A DNA stretch of 64,000 nucleotides from Lama glama (Eukaryota), in contig CM052817.1 in the NCBI GenBank assembly GCA_028534125.1, forward strand, positions 11,658,001 through 11,722,000, read 5' to 3'. The notes under the pieces were generated by a model. That model did no database searches and was not told where the DNA came from. It saw only the letters and a list, made by a program, of their open reading frames with translations. Positions 1 to 12,544 of this stretch are shown piece after piece. The number at the start of each line of letters is the position of its first letter. Within the stretch, counting starts at the first letter, position 1. A program made the position numbers and the translations under genes.

Positions 1-300
1 GCAGGTAGTATATTTTCTTAATTTTTTTCACACTGTATTTATGCCAGAGCCTTGCATTTTTCATAGGGAGTAAAAATTTTTTTACCACTCATAGATGGCT
101 ATTGTTAACCTGTGCATATTTGGGTTTTATGTTTCATATTCAGGGAAATCATTTTTCCTGGAATTGGATGATGACATTGAGTGATTAAGTGTATATACAT
201 GTTGACTGTAGTTTATAGGAGATACAGCACTTCTGCTCAAATGGGGGATTTGTGTTTAGACCTTCTGTCGGGGCAGTGGGTGTACCCAGTGAGATAATAA

Positions 301-460
301 CAGAGTTTTACAGCTGGAAGGAACACTGGGACCCTATAATCCAATTTCTTCCTTTTACAGATGAGAAAACTGAGAATCAGGGAGAGTAAGTGACTTGTCT
401 AGAGTAACACAGCTAGTTAGTACCAGAACTAGAGCTAGGCACAGGTGTTCTAATTCTCGT
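301..460 (-). mobile_element. MIR SINE
   Basis: Reverse-complement MIR core ttttacagatgagaaaactgag...aagtgacttgtctagagtaacacagctagt. Confidence 0.85.
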
Positions 461-689
461 TTAACGCACTGTCAGAGGGAAGGGATAATATGTTTTCCTA
501 TCATGAACAGTAGAACTTAGAAAATCTAAATGAATGAACAGTTAATGTGCCCATTAGACAATCTATCTCAAAAACAAATGCATGTAGTAAAATCTTCAGA
601 AGACTTTCAATTTAATCTGTTAATAAGAGTCTATGGTGAGTGGAGATAAATATTTTAGTTTTACTAAAAATAATAAATTTCTCTGATTA

Positions 690-1390
690 AAATAGTACAC
701 ATTTTTTAGAAATTAGTGACATACGAAAAACCGTGAAACCAAAATAAGGGTCACCCACCATTTTGCCACTCTTAGACAATCATTGTTAATTTATGGATAT
801 TTGGTTTCTGTATTTCATGTAATGTGTGTATATGAGTATATGCATGTGTGTAGAAAATATACAATTATATGTAGTATAGGTTATATCTAAGCATATATAT
901 TACATATTATATCAATATAAACCTTTATTAATATATGTAACATATATTCTATAATTATATGTGTACATAATTAACATTTGCTTAATTGGGATCATATGAA
1001 GCATCATTTTAAAATTCAAAAATGTGTTGGAGAATGTTCTCTCTTTTCTTATCCTTTATCTGAGTTTGTTTAATTTTAGAATTACTTCACTATTTGGTAA
1101 AATTCACTTTGGGCATAATGATTTTTGTGGGGTATATTTTAAACTGCTAACTCACTTTCTTAAAAGTAGAGATTTATTTAGTATTTCTATTTTCTCCTGA
1201 ATCATTTTTGATATGTGATAGTTTTCAAATATATTGGCATGATTTTTTTCATAATATTCTTCTTTTGAAATCTGTTTTGTTTCTAGTGTTCCCCCATTTT
1301 CATTCCTAATATTTTTAAGTTTTTTCTTCTCACTTACCTTATTTAATTGTGGATCAGACTTGTCAGATGAAAGTCAGTTTTATTAGATGT
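690..1390 (-). mobile_element. Ancient L1 fragments (L1M/L1ME-like)
   Basis: T-rich decayed antisense L1-like text, e.g. tatttggtaaaattcact and tcttttgaaatctgttttgtttctagtgttccccc; boundaries approximate. Confidence 0.5.
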
Positions 1391-1406
1391 TTCATAGCAC
1401 CAGCTC

Positions 1407-1835
1407 TGGTAGACATGGACCTGTGCCATCCAGATCCTTTTAGGACATCTTTGTTGCTCCAGCTACTGGAATTGCTAGCAGTGGTCAGCCTTCAGCTGTC
1501 AACACTTTCAGCCACAGGGAGCCTCAGCTATAGGGAACAACCTAGTCGAAGGTCACACCCTTATCTCGGGGCAGCTCACATTCAACGACTGATTGAGGCA
1601 AGGGTATGAAAACCAGCTATTTTGGTCCAGTGTGGAGCAATTTTAATAGGTCAGTTCGGCTTTAGAGTCCCCCACAGGGTCAACTGAGGCTCTTTGGCTT
1701 GTATTGCAAACTGTTTTCCCCCTCTGTTTCCTCTCCCTCTCTTTCACAGGTGTTAATCCTAAGAACACTTCCTGATAAACATCCTGAACACTAAACTGTC
1801 TCAGAATCAGTTTCTTGGAGAACCCAAACTTCAGA
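1407..1835 (+). mobile_element. ERV-L LTR, LTR16 family (5' LTR)
   Basis: LTR16-type 3' end gataaacatcctgaacactaaactgtctcagaatcagtttcttggagaacccaaact, followed directly by a PBS-like sequence and gag. Confidence 0.75.
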
Positions 1836-2362
1836 GGTTGATACCAGTAGTTGGCCAAGAAATTGGCAATAAGATGGGGTTTTGATGCTGTATCATTCAC
1901 TGCCCAGTGGGCAATGAGGATCCCATCACTTGGAGGCAGGAAGAACACAGATAGTCCCTGGCAAAAAGTGGTGGTCCAGTCATGAAAACTTTCATTGATG
2001 GTGATTTGGGATATTTTCTGGAAGGTAGTGCCCTAATTAGTGTAAAGTACTAGGCATTTGTGAAACATGGTGGAAATAGTACGTAAAAGGACAATGGGAT
2101 TAGGTAGCTATTTCTGTGTTCTACTGAAGCTCCAGAAAAAGATAATGAAAGACTGAATATGAATAACAGGCAATTAGAAGTCAAATCTGAAAGACTAAGA
2201 GCCTCATTGGGAGCCTGTAAAGAGGACCGTATCTCTTATAGTGGGAGGGGAGAAAAAGCTGTGGACCAGATCAAAGAGTATTCGAGCTCCAAAGAATGGT
2301 TTAACTTCAAACCAAAGTGTGTCTGCTACACCAACGTCAGGGCCTCAGTTGGAAAAGAATGA
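1836..2362 (+). mobile_element. ERV-L internal 5' region (ERV3-16A3-like): degenerate tRNA-Leu-type PBS and inactivated gag
   Basis: tgataccagtagttgg (1839-1854) resembles the ERV-L PBS; ATG at 1874 reads MGF*; peptides DSPWQKV, QLEVKSERLRAS...ISYSGRGEKAVDQ and NVRASVGKE match ERV-L Gag motifs (PW, QL..LKAS, KVRALIGKE). Confidence 0.75.
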
Positions 2363-2369
2363 GTAAAGA

Positions 2370-3820
2370 CAAGACAATAGAAAAAAAAGAGCAAGAGACT
2401 GAACGTGTAATTTCACAAAATGGGAAACAAGAACAACTCTTAAATTTGTAAAAAGATGTTAAAACTCATTAGTAATCAGAGAATGGATGTTAGAACCACA
2501 ACTAGATGACATTTTTCATATCTAACAGTTGGTAATAAAAAAAGTGTGGCAAGAACAATTATTGATGAGGACGTTAAAGATGAAGCACTTTTAGTTATTG
2601 CAGGTGGGACTATAAATTGATATAACCACTTTGGAGAACAATTTGAGGTTGTGTTATGTGGTTCAAGACAAATGTGGCACTGACTCTGGTGGCTCTCAAA
2701 GGTCACTACCTTCTGGTATTTACACCCTTGTGTAAGTTTCCTCCCCTTGAGTGTGAGAAGGACTTGTGACATGCTTCAATAGTATATGGCAAAAGTGATA
2801 GGATGTCACTCCTGTGAATCAATTCAGATAAAATTCTGACTTCCATGTTGCTGGCAGATGCTCTTTCTTGCTGGTTTTGATAATGCAAGCTGCCACATTG
2901 TGAGCTGCCTTATGGTGAAGCCCAAATAACAAGCAGCTGAGGGTGGAAGGCCAGCAAGAAAGTGAAGTCATTGGTCCAACAGCCCACAAGGAATTGAATC
3001 CCACCAAAACCCACATGACCTTGGAAGGAGCTTCTTCCCCAGTTAAATGGTCTAATGAGACATCTGCCCTGGATGGCATCTTAATTGCATCCTTGTGAAA
3101 GACCCTTGAAGCTGAGGATCCAGCTAAGATGTGTTGGGATTCCTGACCCAACAAACTGTGAGTAATAAATGTGTGTCTTTTTATGTTGCTAAGTTTCTGT
3201 AATGTTGTTATACAGTAACAGATAGCTAACATATCAAATTTCCACTTGATTATGAACCCCCAGGAAATGCTTACATTACACTTGCTCTCCAAGAGGCATG
3301 TACAAGAATATGTGTAGCAGTATTATTTGTAAAAGTAAAACTAAAAACATTTATATGAGCCCATAGGTAGGATAATAGATAAATACATTTTATCATACTT
3401 AAGCAATGGAATTGTAAAAAGCAACAGAATAAACTACAACTACAGGCATGAACCTGGTGAAATTCACAAACACAGTGTTTAGCAAGACAGGTAAGATGAT
3501 GAAAAGTACAAACAGAATGATTCCATTTACAGTTCAGACATTGCAAAGCTAAGCAATATACTGATGCACACTTTTGTGAAAGAAAATTAAAAGAATAAAA
3601 TTGAGGTGGTTATTTTTGGTAGGGGTATTATAGGTGTTAGTATCTCTATAGGAATTAGATTGGAGAAAGGACACAGACTCGGCTTAAAAGCTATTGGTAG
3701 CATTCTGTTCCTTAAACAGTAGTGTAGATACCCAGGTTATTTTTATAATTGTATTTTATAAATTAATGTATATTTTATATCTGTTATTTTGTCTGAATGA
3801 AATACTGCACAATAAAAGTT
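2370..3820 (+). mobile_element. Ancient L1 (L1ME-like) ORF2 end and 3' UTR, interrupted by an MLT1 LTR
   Basis: aaaagatgttaaaactcattagtaatcagaga...gtgggactataaattgatataaccactttggagaacaatttg; resumes after 3233; aataaa near 3811. Confidence 0.75.
2673..3233 (+). mobile_element. MaLR solo LTR (MLT1E-like)
   Basis: tgtggc start; MLT1 3' motif aataaatgtgtgtc...ctaagtttctgtaatgttgttatacagtaacagatagctaacata; near-TSD acaaa (2668-2672) / tcaaa (3234-3238). Confidence 0.85.
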
Positions 3821-4079
3821 GATCCAAGACAGTTTCTATCCTGAAATTTTTTATAGAGAACTACATTGTGATGAGCCTTTCATTTGGCTTATCTGAAAAA
3901 TGTCCTAAATACTGCAAAACCTTGGTACATTCTTGACTGTCCTGTCAGGTACTTCATTGATAGTAGATACTTTTATCTTCTAGCTTAGAGATTGGGCATG
4001 GGAACATAGCATCTCCAAGACTTTTACAGGGCTTTTCTGGATTATCTGTAGTTCTCTCTTCCTGAAACCATTACCGAAA

Positions 4080-4450
4080 AGGAGAAAATGAAGAGAATGC
4101 AACATATGTCTAATTGGAGTTCAAGGCAGAGAAAACTGGAGATAGGTCATATAAAAGGGATAATGGCTAGGGATTTCCCACACTTGAAAGACATGAATTC
4201 TCGGATTCAGGAAGTAGAAAAAAAATCCCAGTCAAGTAAAGTAAGACTCAATCTTTCATAATAAAATTATAGGATACCAGAGAAAAAAGACCTGAAAAGT
4301 AAGCAGAAAGAAACATCAGATTACTTAGAGAGGAAATATTATTAGAATAGGAACTGTTTCTTGGGAGTAACAATAGAAACTATAAGAGAACAATATCTTT
4401 TCAAAGGAGAATCTTCAAGATTCCTGAAGAAAGGGATATAACATATTGTT
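4080..4450 (+). mobile_element. Ancient L1 ORF1 fragment
   Basis: aacatatgtctaattggagttc...gatttcccacacttgaaagacatgaattctcggattcaggaag resembles decayed ORF1. Confidence 0.6.
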
Positions 4451-4557
4451 AGTTTAATTATAAACATAAGTTAAAAAGCTTCCAGTACAAAACTCTGGAA
4501 TGAAGGCTCAGAGACTGTTTGACATTTGTGATCAATTATTTAAGATTTTTAGAGCAG

Positions 4558-5043
4558 CGTATTAGTTTCTTATTGCTATTATAACAAGTTACCACAAATT
4601 TAGTGGCTTAACACAACACAAATTTATTATCTCACAGTTCTGGGGGATAGAAGTCTAAAATGTTTCAGTTAAGGTCAAGGTGATGGTAGGCCTTCTGGAG
4701 ACTGTGAGAGAATCTGTTTCCTTCCTACTTCCCAGCTTGCAGAGGCTGCCTGCATTCCTTGGGCCATGGTCTCTTCCTCCAACTTCAAAGCCAGCAGTGG
4801 CTGGTTGAGATTTTTTCATGCTGTATCACTTTGACACTCCTTTTCTATAGTCAGATGTCATTCTGTCTCCCTCTTATAAGAACATTTGTTTTTATATTGG
4901 TCTTTCCTGGATAATCCAGGATAATCTCTCATCTCAAAATCCTTAATGTAATCACTTCTGCAAAGCCTCTTTTACCATTTAAGTAACATTTTCACAGGTC
5001 CTAAGATGTTGACCTCTTTGGGGGACCATCTCAGCCTACCACA
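4558..5043 (-). mobile_element. MaLR solo LTR (MLT1C/D-like)
   Basis: gtattagtttcttattgct...ttaccacaaatttagtggcttaa...ggggaccatctcagcctaccaca; gcag lies on both flanks. Confidence 0.9.
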
Positions 5044-6919
5044 GCAGAAAGAAAACTTCAAGATCATTATATTAAGTGTAGTTATATTATAATGTGAAAA
5101 ATGCTAGATTGGCAAGGAATCTGGTGGCATTCATTTTGCCTTGTCACTAACAACCAGAGTGACCTTAAGCAGGTCCCTTCATCAATCTAGACCTCTAATT
5201 CTTCCTTCTTTCCTTCAGACATTAACTCAAGAAATATTTCTTGACTATTCCCTATATACCAGGTGTTATTGTAGGTTCTGTGAAGTGGAACATTTTTCTG
5301 ATTCTAACCTAATAGGAAATAATGTGCTTAAAACATCTAGTGAAATGCCTGGCGTAAAGTGAGAATTTAATAAATGAAAACCATTATTATTAATAACATG
5401 GATTGAAATAGAAAACTAACATATTTAAATTGCAACTGTATCTTCAGAAGTTGAATTTAAGAGAGCAAATATTGAATCACAGAGTATTTGTTTAATGCCT
5501 ACCATGTACATTGTGCTGGATATCCCAATACAAAGATGAGTAGGCCCCTGGTCCCTGATCCTGAAGAGGAGTATGATCACGAGTAACTCTGTACAAGGTA
5601 TAGCACCATCAGTTCTGTGATGGAGGAACAGAAGAGTCCTAGTAACACAGAGATGGAACCAAAGAAACAGCACCTTAGACTGACCCCCAATGTCAGAATT
5701 CTCGTCCTTACAAAATGAATCAGTCTTAGGAAAGAGCAGACAAGTTGGGGGCTCCACATTCTCATTATCTTCTGTGTTCTTACCACTTCTAAGCCTCACC
5801 TCCTTTGACTCCTCCGTTACCACCCTGTTCCCATGTGTGGAATTACCTTCCTTTTGTGCTGTTCCTCTCTCTGTATGGTCTGTGATCAGGAGGTCACTTT
5901 GGCCTTTGAGGTTTAGATCCACTTGACTATGGTCCTGTTTTCACATTCCCTGGGAAGCCCAGTACCCACGCCACGAGGTGTTTCTTCTGTGATGTCTCTG
6001 GCTCTGAACTCTTTCCTCATCTGAACTCGGTATCATTTTTGCCTCATATACCACAGTGATCTTTCTCTTCTTTTCTGTGACACACTGTGTGCGACTTTGG
6101 TTTTGTTTTTCTCCCATGGATTTTCTTTATACTCAAGGCATTTGTGCATGAAATGGTTGGCAGTTTAGAGGGGTAAAGAGACTTTAGTTTGTAGCAATGC
6201 AAACAAGTCAAAATGGACTATTATTTATTTCTGATTTTGAGTTCTTTGGCACATCTAGCTTAGGAATTTCTCATTGGTCGAGTTGCTATTTGTGTATTTC
6301 TGTTCTCTCTTCTCTGCTTTTCAATAGCACCTACATTTCTGCTTGTTTCTAAGGCAGGGAAGATCAGCATTCTCAGTACCTTCTTCCAAGTCATCCTCCC
6401 AAGGTCTTTTCTTCTTTGGGCAAGTTTTGTCAGAACACTTTCCTAATCAAAGACAGTTCTCTCCCTAAGGAAAAGCTGATATTAGCCACTCATTCATCAA
6501 CATTAAGTCACATGTCACTGCTTTTTGGTAAATCTTCTTTTATCTTCCTAGGCAATTTATATGTCCCTCCACTATGTACTCATAGCATATAGCACATATT
6601 ATACCATAATTATTTCCTTCTGTTTCTGTCTTTCCCATCTAACTTGTGAGCATCATTAGGGAGGAACCAAATCTTATTTTTTGTAAAATCCATGTGTTAT
6701 TTATGCCTAGTCCAGAGTGACTGTCAGCTGATGATTATTGAAAGACTGTATGCCTGCAGGATCAAAGTAGTACCTTAAAACGATTAGAGGGCCCACAGAA
6801 TTGGCCTGATTCCTCTTCTTAAAACTCAGAGTTCCTAAATTTAGGGCTGGCTCAGGTGGGAAGTCTTGCTTGTTTTTTTTGATCCTTTAGCTCATTTGTA
6901 TTTTTAATAAACATAGGTG

Positions 6920-7110
6920 TCAGCAGCTTTATATGTGTTATCTCACACCATCCTTAAAACAATTCAGTTATGTAGCATTAATATCCCTGCTTTTAAGATA
7001 TCAAAGTTGAGATTAAAGGACTTGCTTAAGGTCATGTAGTTACAGAATGTTAGGAGCAGGATTCAAACCCAAGCTTGTCTCTATAGCTCAGGCTCATTTC
7101 ACTGCATCAC
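6920..7110 (-). mobile_element. MIR SINE
   Basis: gacttgcttaaggtcatgtagtt...ggagcaggattcaaacccaag. Confidence 0.75.
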
Positions 7111-8399
7111 ACTCTTCATGTGCCTGAGCTCTGCAGCTTTGTTGTGACCACTTGGCTTCCTTTGGGAAGTAGACTGAGGAACAAGATGGCTCAGTTGTGA
7201 TTTCAGCAGGAGGTCGGTGCCACGATGTTCAAGAACTCCTGATGACTGCTACTGTCAGGATGATCTGTGACCACTTTGAAGAAAGGCCAGGCTGCTGGTT
7301 TAGCCGAATATTGCTTTTTCTTAAAACAACATGGCAAGCCTAGTTGTTTCAAGTGGTGCTTTGGCCTGTCTTTACAGCTTTCCTTCAGTTTGCTTTGCTC
7401 ATGCTTCCCATTCTTGCCTAGAGTTCAGTGGTGTTTTACACATCCTATAGTGGCCAGTGCAACATTGGGTCCCACCTACCTGGAGGATATTGGTAGTTTT
7501 TTTCACTGGCAAATGCTCCTGCTGTATTGACTGTACTAGAGGGGATCTTAGCTAATGTTTTGTGATACTAATAAAGTTGTTCTTGCTTGAATGATTGGAG
7601 CTGCTCTGTTGGAAGATTAATCTGATAGCCTTGAAAAGGATAGATGGGAATAGGAGAGATAGCAGGTAGACAAACCAATTAGAACATTAAAATTGTCTGA
7701 GAGGGAAAAGATCAGAGCCTCAACTAGAGTAACAGTAGAGAAATAAAGTAAACTGCAAATGCAAAAGACACTGGGGAAATAACTGAGGTGAAAATTGAGG
7801 CAGTTCCAAATCTCCTAGGCATACAGAAGTCAGAGCATTGCTACTTCCTCATAACTCTTTGGTCTCAAATTTGATGCAGCATAAATTCAGTTTAATTCAA
7901 CAAGTATTTGTTAAGCACATGCTATCTGCCAGCCATTCTGCTAGAAGTTGTGAGACCTGCCATCGAACATCTTATACTTTAGTAGGTGATATAGGTAACA
8001 TGGTGAAATATGGTTCATTGAATTGTGAGATTTGGGGAAAAGTTTCACGAGATTGTTGGCCATTAAGATGAGTTTGAAAGATGGATGTAGTTTTTAACAG
8101 GTAATGATAGGGAGGAGAGAGAAGGTATTCCAGATGGAAAGATTGTATGGGGGCAAAAAAGGTGTCAAATTTGGAGTAAATTTGTCCATAGGAGATAAAA
8201 CTGGAATTTAGGCTTCAGTCATGTTTGTCAGGTGAAGAATTTCATTCCATTAAATATTTGCTAGTTAAAACTGGATCAAGTTTTTTTAAAAGACGAGAAC
8301 AGGGTTGTGAATTTAGAGAATATGGTCACTGAGATGATAAACAAATAAGGAGAGTATCAACCAAAGTGAAAGTGGAAGAAATGAAAACAAAATTTAAAA

Positions 8400-8450
8400 A
8401 ATAATAACACCTTCAGAGTACTTACTAAAGGTTGTTCTTCTAAGCACTTT
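8400..8450 (-). mobile_element. MIR, left part (split by the L1 insertion; continues at 11205-11370)
   Basis: ataataacac...gagtacttact...ttctaagcacttt joins in register with gtatacactaatcc...ccccatgaggtgagactattattatc. Confidence 0.7.
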
Positions 8451-8900
8451 TTAAAAATTGATTAATTTATGTTTTTTACCAGGTCCCAGTCATGTATATA
8501 CATACAAATATTTGTTTTCATATTCTTTTTCATTAAAGGTTATTACAAGATACTGAATATAGTTCTCTGTGGTATACAGAATAAACTGGTTTTTTAAAAT
8601 CTATTTTTATATATAGTAGCTAACATTTGCAAATCTCAAACACCCAAATTTATCCTTCCGACTCCCTTTCCCCTGATAACCATAAGATTGTTTACTATGT
8701 CTGTGAGTTTCTTTCTGTTTTGTAGATGAGTTCATTAGTGTCCTCTTTTTTTTCTTTTTTTTAGATTCCACATATGAGTGATACCATATGGTATTTGTCT
8801 TTCTCTTTCTGGCTTACTTCACTTAGAATGACCATCTCTAGGTCCATCCATGTTGCTGCAAATAGCATTATTTTATTCTTTTTTTATGATTGAATAGTCC
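8451..8900 (-). mobile_element. L1 3' end (camelid/artiodactyl type)
   Basis: ttagattccacatatgagtgata...cttcacttagaatgaccatctctaggtccatccatgttgctgcaaat; homologous to 21900-22300. Confidence 0.9.
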
Positions 8901-9439
8901 AGTTATATTCAGTCAATATTTTTATGTAGTAATATTAGACTCTGTGGTATTTGTTGAAGTTAATTCTGTGGATGCTTGAAAAGAATGTGTATTCCTTTGT
9001 TTATATGTTCATTATATGAGGCCTGTTAATAGTGTTCAAATCTTTCATATTCTTACTAATTCTCATTGAGAGAGATATATTAAAATCTGCCACTTTAATT
9101 ATAAATTTTTTAGTTTTTTTTGAGGTAAGTGGCTGTTTTTTTCCTTTCTTTTCCTTTTTCAGTTTTATTGGTAGAATTATTACAGTTCAACTGCACATAT
9201 ACATTATATTGCATGCAAATACATATAAACAGTATACTGCACATTTTTTTAGTATACATATAAATACTGATCATTGTTTCTAAGAACAGATAAGAGCTTT
9301 AGCTTTTTAAACTTACATAATTATCAAAGGAATAAAGCCAACTACAAAATAAGAATCAATGGAATGTGGTAATCCAATTGTAAAGGACAGTCAAATGTGC
9401 TTACACATATTCAAAAATCAGTCATCTAAGGTAGAAATA

Positions 9440-9734
9440 ATAATTAGTTCATTTGTGTCCTTACTATTATTTTTTTTTTGATTCCTCATATAAATGATAT
9501 CATATGGCATTTTTCTTTCTCTTTCTGGCCCACTTCACTTAGAATGATGATCTTCAGGTCCATCCAAATTGCTGCAAATGGCATTATTGTATTCTTTTTT
9601 TTATGACTGAGTAATGTTCCATTGTATATATGTACCACATCTTTTTTATCCAGTCATCTGTTAACGGACATTTGGGTTGTTTCCATGTCTTGGCTATTGT
9701 AAATAGTGCTGCTATGAAGACTGGGGTGCATGTC
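9440..9734 (-). mobile_element. L1 ORF2 C-terminus and start of 3' UTR (non-inverted arm)
   Basis: Antisense of agcactatttacaatagccaagacatggaaacaacccaaatgtcc...gactggataaaaaagatgtggtac. Confidence 0.9.
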
Positions 9735-11204
9735 CCAGAAAACTACTAGAACTCATCAGTGAATATGGTAAAGTTGGAGGATACAAAATTAGTATACAGA
9801 AATCAGTTGCATTTCTATACACTAACAATGAAATAGCAGAAAGATAAATTAAGGAAACAATACCATTTACCATCGTGCCAAAAAGAGTAAAATACCTAGG
9901 AATAAACCTACCGAAGGAGGCAAAAGACCTGTATGCCAAAAACCATAGGATGCTGATGAAGGAAACTGAAGATGACATAAACAAATGGAAAGATATAACA
10001 TGTTCTTGGATTGGAAGAATCAATATTGTTAAAATGGCCATACTATCCAAGGCAATTTACAGATTCAATTCAGTCCCTATCAAATTACCAATGACATTCT
10101 TCACAGAGCTGGAACAAAAAATGTTAAAATTTGTATGGAAACACAAAAGACCCCAAATAGCCAAAACAATCTTGAAAAAGAAGAATGGAGCTGGGGGAAT
10201 CATCCTCCCTGATTTCAGACTACACTAGAAAGCTACAGTAATCCAAACAGTATGGTCCTGGCACAAAAACAGACACACAGATCAATGGAACAGGATAGAA
10301 AGTCCAGAAATAAACCCACGCATGTATGGTCAATTAATCTATGACAAAGAAGGCAAGAATATACAATGGAGAAAAAACAGTGTCTTCAGTAAACAGTGCT
10401 GGGAAAACTGGACAGCTACCTGTAAAAGACTGAAATTGGAACATTCTCTAACACTATGTACAAAAATAAACTCAAAATGGATTAAAGACGTAAATGTAAG
10501 ACTGGATGCTATGAAACTCTTAGAGGATAACATAAACAGAACACTCACGGGCATACATACAGCAGTATATTTATTGAACTAGCTGCTGGAGTAATGGAAA
10601 TAAAAGCAAATGGGATCTAATTAAAAGCTTGTACACACTTAAGGATACCATCAACAAAATGAAAAGACTACCTACAGAATGGGAGAAAGTATTTGCAAGT
10701 GATGCAGCTAATAAGGGGCTAATTTCCAAAATATACAAACAGCTCATACACCATAATATCAAAGAAACAAGCAACCCAATCCAAAAATGGGCAGAAGACC
10801 TAAACAAGCATTCCCCAATGAAGACATATAAATGACCAATAGGCACATGAAAAAATGCTCAACATCGCTAATTGTCAGAGAAATGCAGATCAAAACTACA
10901 GTGAGACATCACCTCACACCAGCCAGAATGGCAACCATTGAAAAGTCTACAAATGATAGAAGCTAGAAAGGGTGTGGAGAAAAGGGAACACTCCTACACT
11001 GTTGGTGGGAATGTAGATTGGTGCAGCCACTATGGAGGACAGTATGGAGGTTCCTTAAAAAAACTGAAAATAGACTTACTGTGTGACCCAGCATCCCACT
11101 CCTGAGTGTATTTCCAGAGAAAAATAAAATTAAAAAAGACACAAAGACAAAAAGTCACTCCAATGTTCACAGCAGCACTATTTACAATAGCCAAGACATG
11201 GAAA
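9735..11204 (+). mobile_element. L1 ORF2 fragment (inverted arm), frameshifted
   Basis: ORFs 9875-10228 (KYLGINL...[13 protein letters not shown]...LPDF), 10322-10582 and 10629-10835 (EWEKVFA...KGLISKIYK) are L1 ORF2 peptides. Confidence 0.95.
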
Positions 11205-11464
11205 CTTCCAAGCACTTTGTATACACTAATCCAAGAACCCCATGAGGTGAGACTATTATTATCTTTACAGTAAGGTTAAAAATCTGGCTTAAGTTCATTC
11301 CACTGAGAATGTCTGATATTTGAACCTTGGCAATATTGGTTCTAAAGCTTTTGTTTTCATTGTTATAACACTTTGAATGTTGTAGAGGAGGGTTTGGTTA
11401 GCTTAAGTTTCTGTATTAGTTTTGCTGTTAACATTTGTGTAGGTAGGAAGATACTGAAGAATGA

Positions 11465-11670
11465 TTCAGCATATAAATCTGGAGTCAGATAGTTTGGGTT
11501 TACATTCCAGCTCAGCTAGTTTTCTTAGCTGTCTGAGCCTTAGTTTTTCCACCTGTAAAATGGGGATTTGTTTAATACTTAACTCCTAGAGTTGTTGTGA
11601 AAATGATTACAGATAATCCTGTGAAGTACTTGCTGGAAAATTGCTCAATAGATTTTAGCCATAATTATTT
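11465..11670 (+). mobile_element. MIR SINE
   Basis: tctggagtcagatagtttgggtt...ctgagccttagtttttccacctgtaaaatgggg. Confidence 0.85.
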
Positions 11671-12129
11671 TTGTGTTCTGAACCTGTTTTTCAAAGCTTC
11701 ACTCCATTCACAGATACCTAATTGATCTTTCTGTTGTCTTTGTGTTCCAATTCCACAACATCCTTAGCAGTTGAGTTTCATTGAGAGCTGCATTGTTCAG
11801 TACAAGCCCTACACTGATTTTGAAGCACTATGGTCTTTGATTTATTGTGACTCTGTTGTGCATTTAACCTTTGTGGGTTTCAGGTGGCTCCTCTAAGAGG
11901 AAACATTGCTTACTCTTCCACAAAAGACTCAGTTAACTGGAATGTAGTCAAGGTGGTTTAATCCTGGTTGAGGATAGAGTCAGAAGGGTTATGAAAGTGG
12001 TAGGAGACTTTGATTCCAATTAAGAGGGAATGACAGATGGATTGGTCTCCCTCATTTAGGGTTTCAGGCCTACAGGAAGAAAGATGCTGATTAGGAGGGA
12101 AATGAGGACTGGTTATGGTTATGAGCTTT

Positions 12130-12345
12130 GGACAGTGACAAGAGACTTTGGAATCATATAAACCTGAGTTTGAGTTCTAGCTTTGTGCTTACTTTGTGAG
12201 CCTGTGACTTGATCTTCCTAAGCCTCAGTATCCCTTTTTTTTTTTAAATCATGAGGGTAATTATAACCTCATGAGCTTACTGTAAGGATTAAATGAGATA
12301 AACCATAGTGGGTCCAAAACAGAGTAGATACTTAAAAAGTGCTAA
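12130..12345 (+). mobile_element. MIR SINE
   Basis: actttggaatca...cctgagtttgagttctagct...cctaagcctcagt...gtaaggattaaatgagata. Confidence 0.8.
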
Positions 12346-12544
12346 AATTGATTTCTATGTTTAGGCTCTCGAATGAGGAAGGCAAGTAACATACCACTGT
12401 GTTTCTTCAGTTTTTCTGAATGACTCCAAAGCCATAACTTTGTCCGCTGAAATGGGAGACAAGTCTGAAAGCCATTCCTGTTTAAAGGTACCTAGAATCA
12501 CTGAGGCCATTCCTCTTAATTTCAATTAAAAAGTTATCTTGCAG

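Noticed and set aside
1..10. Possible splice donor gcag|gtagta at the window start
   Set aside because: Weak donor, and no upstream exon is visible to evaluate
2819..3292. 157-aa minus-strand ORF
   Set aside because: Mostly antisense to an MLT1 LTR; chance ORF
5425..5922. 165-aa minus-strand ORF
   Set aside because: No recognisable homology, partly overlaps L2-like sequence, no supporting splice context; consistent with a chance ORF
9875..10835. ORFs with reverse-transcriptase-related peptides as genes
   Set aside because: Frameshifted, truncated L1 ORF2 fragments; not an intact or host gene
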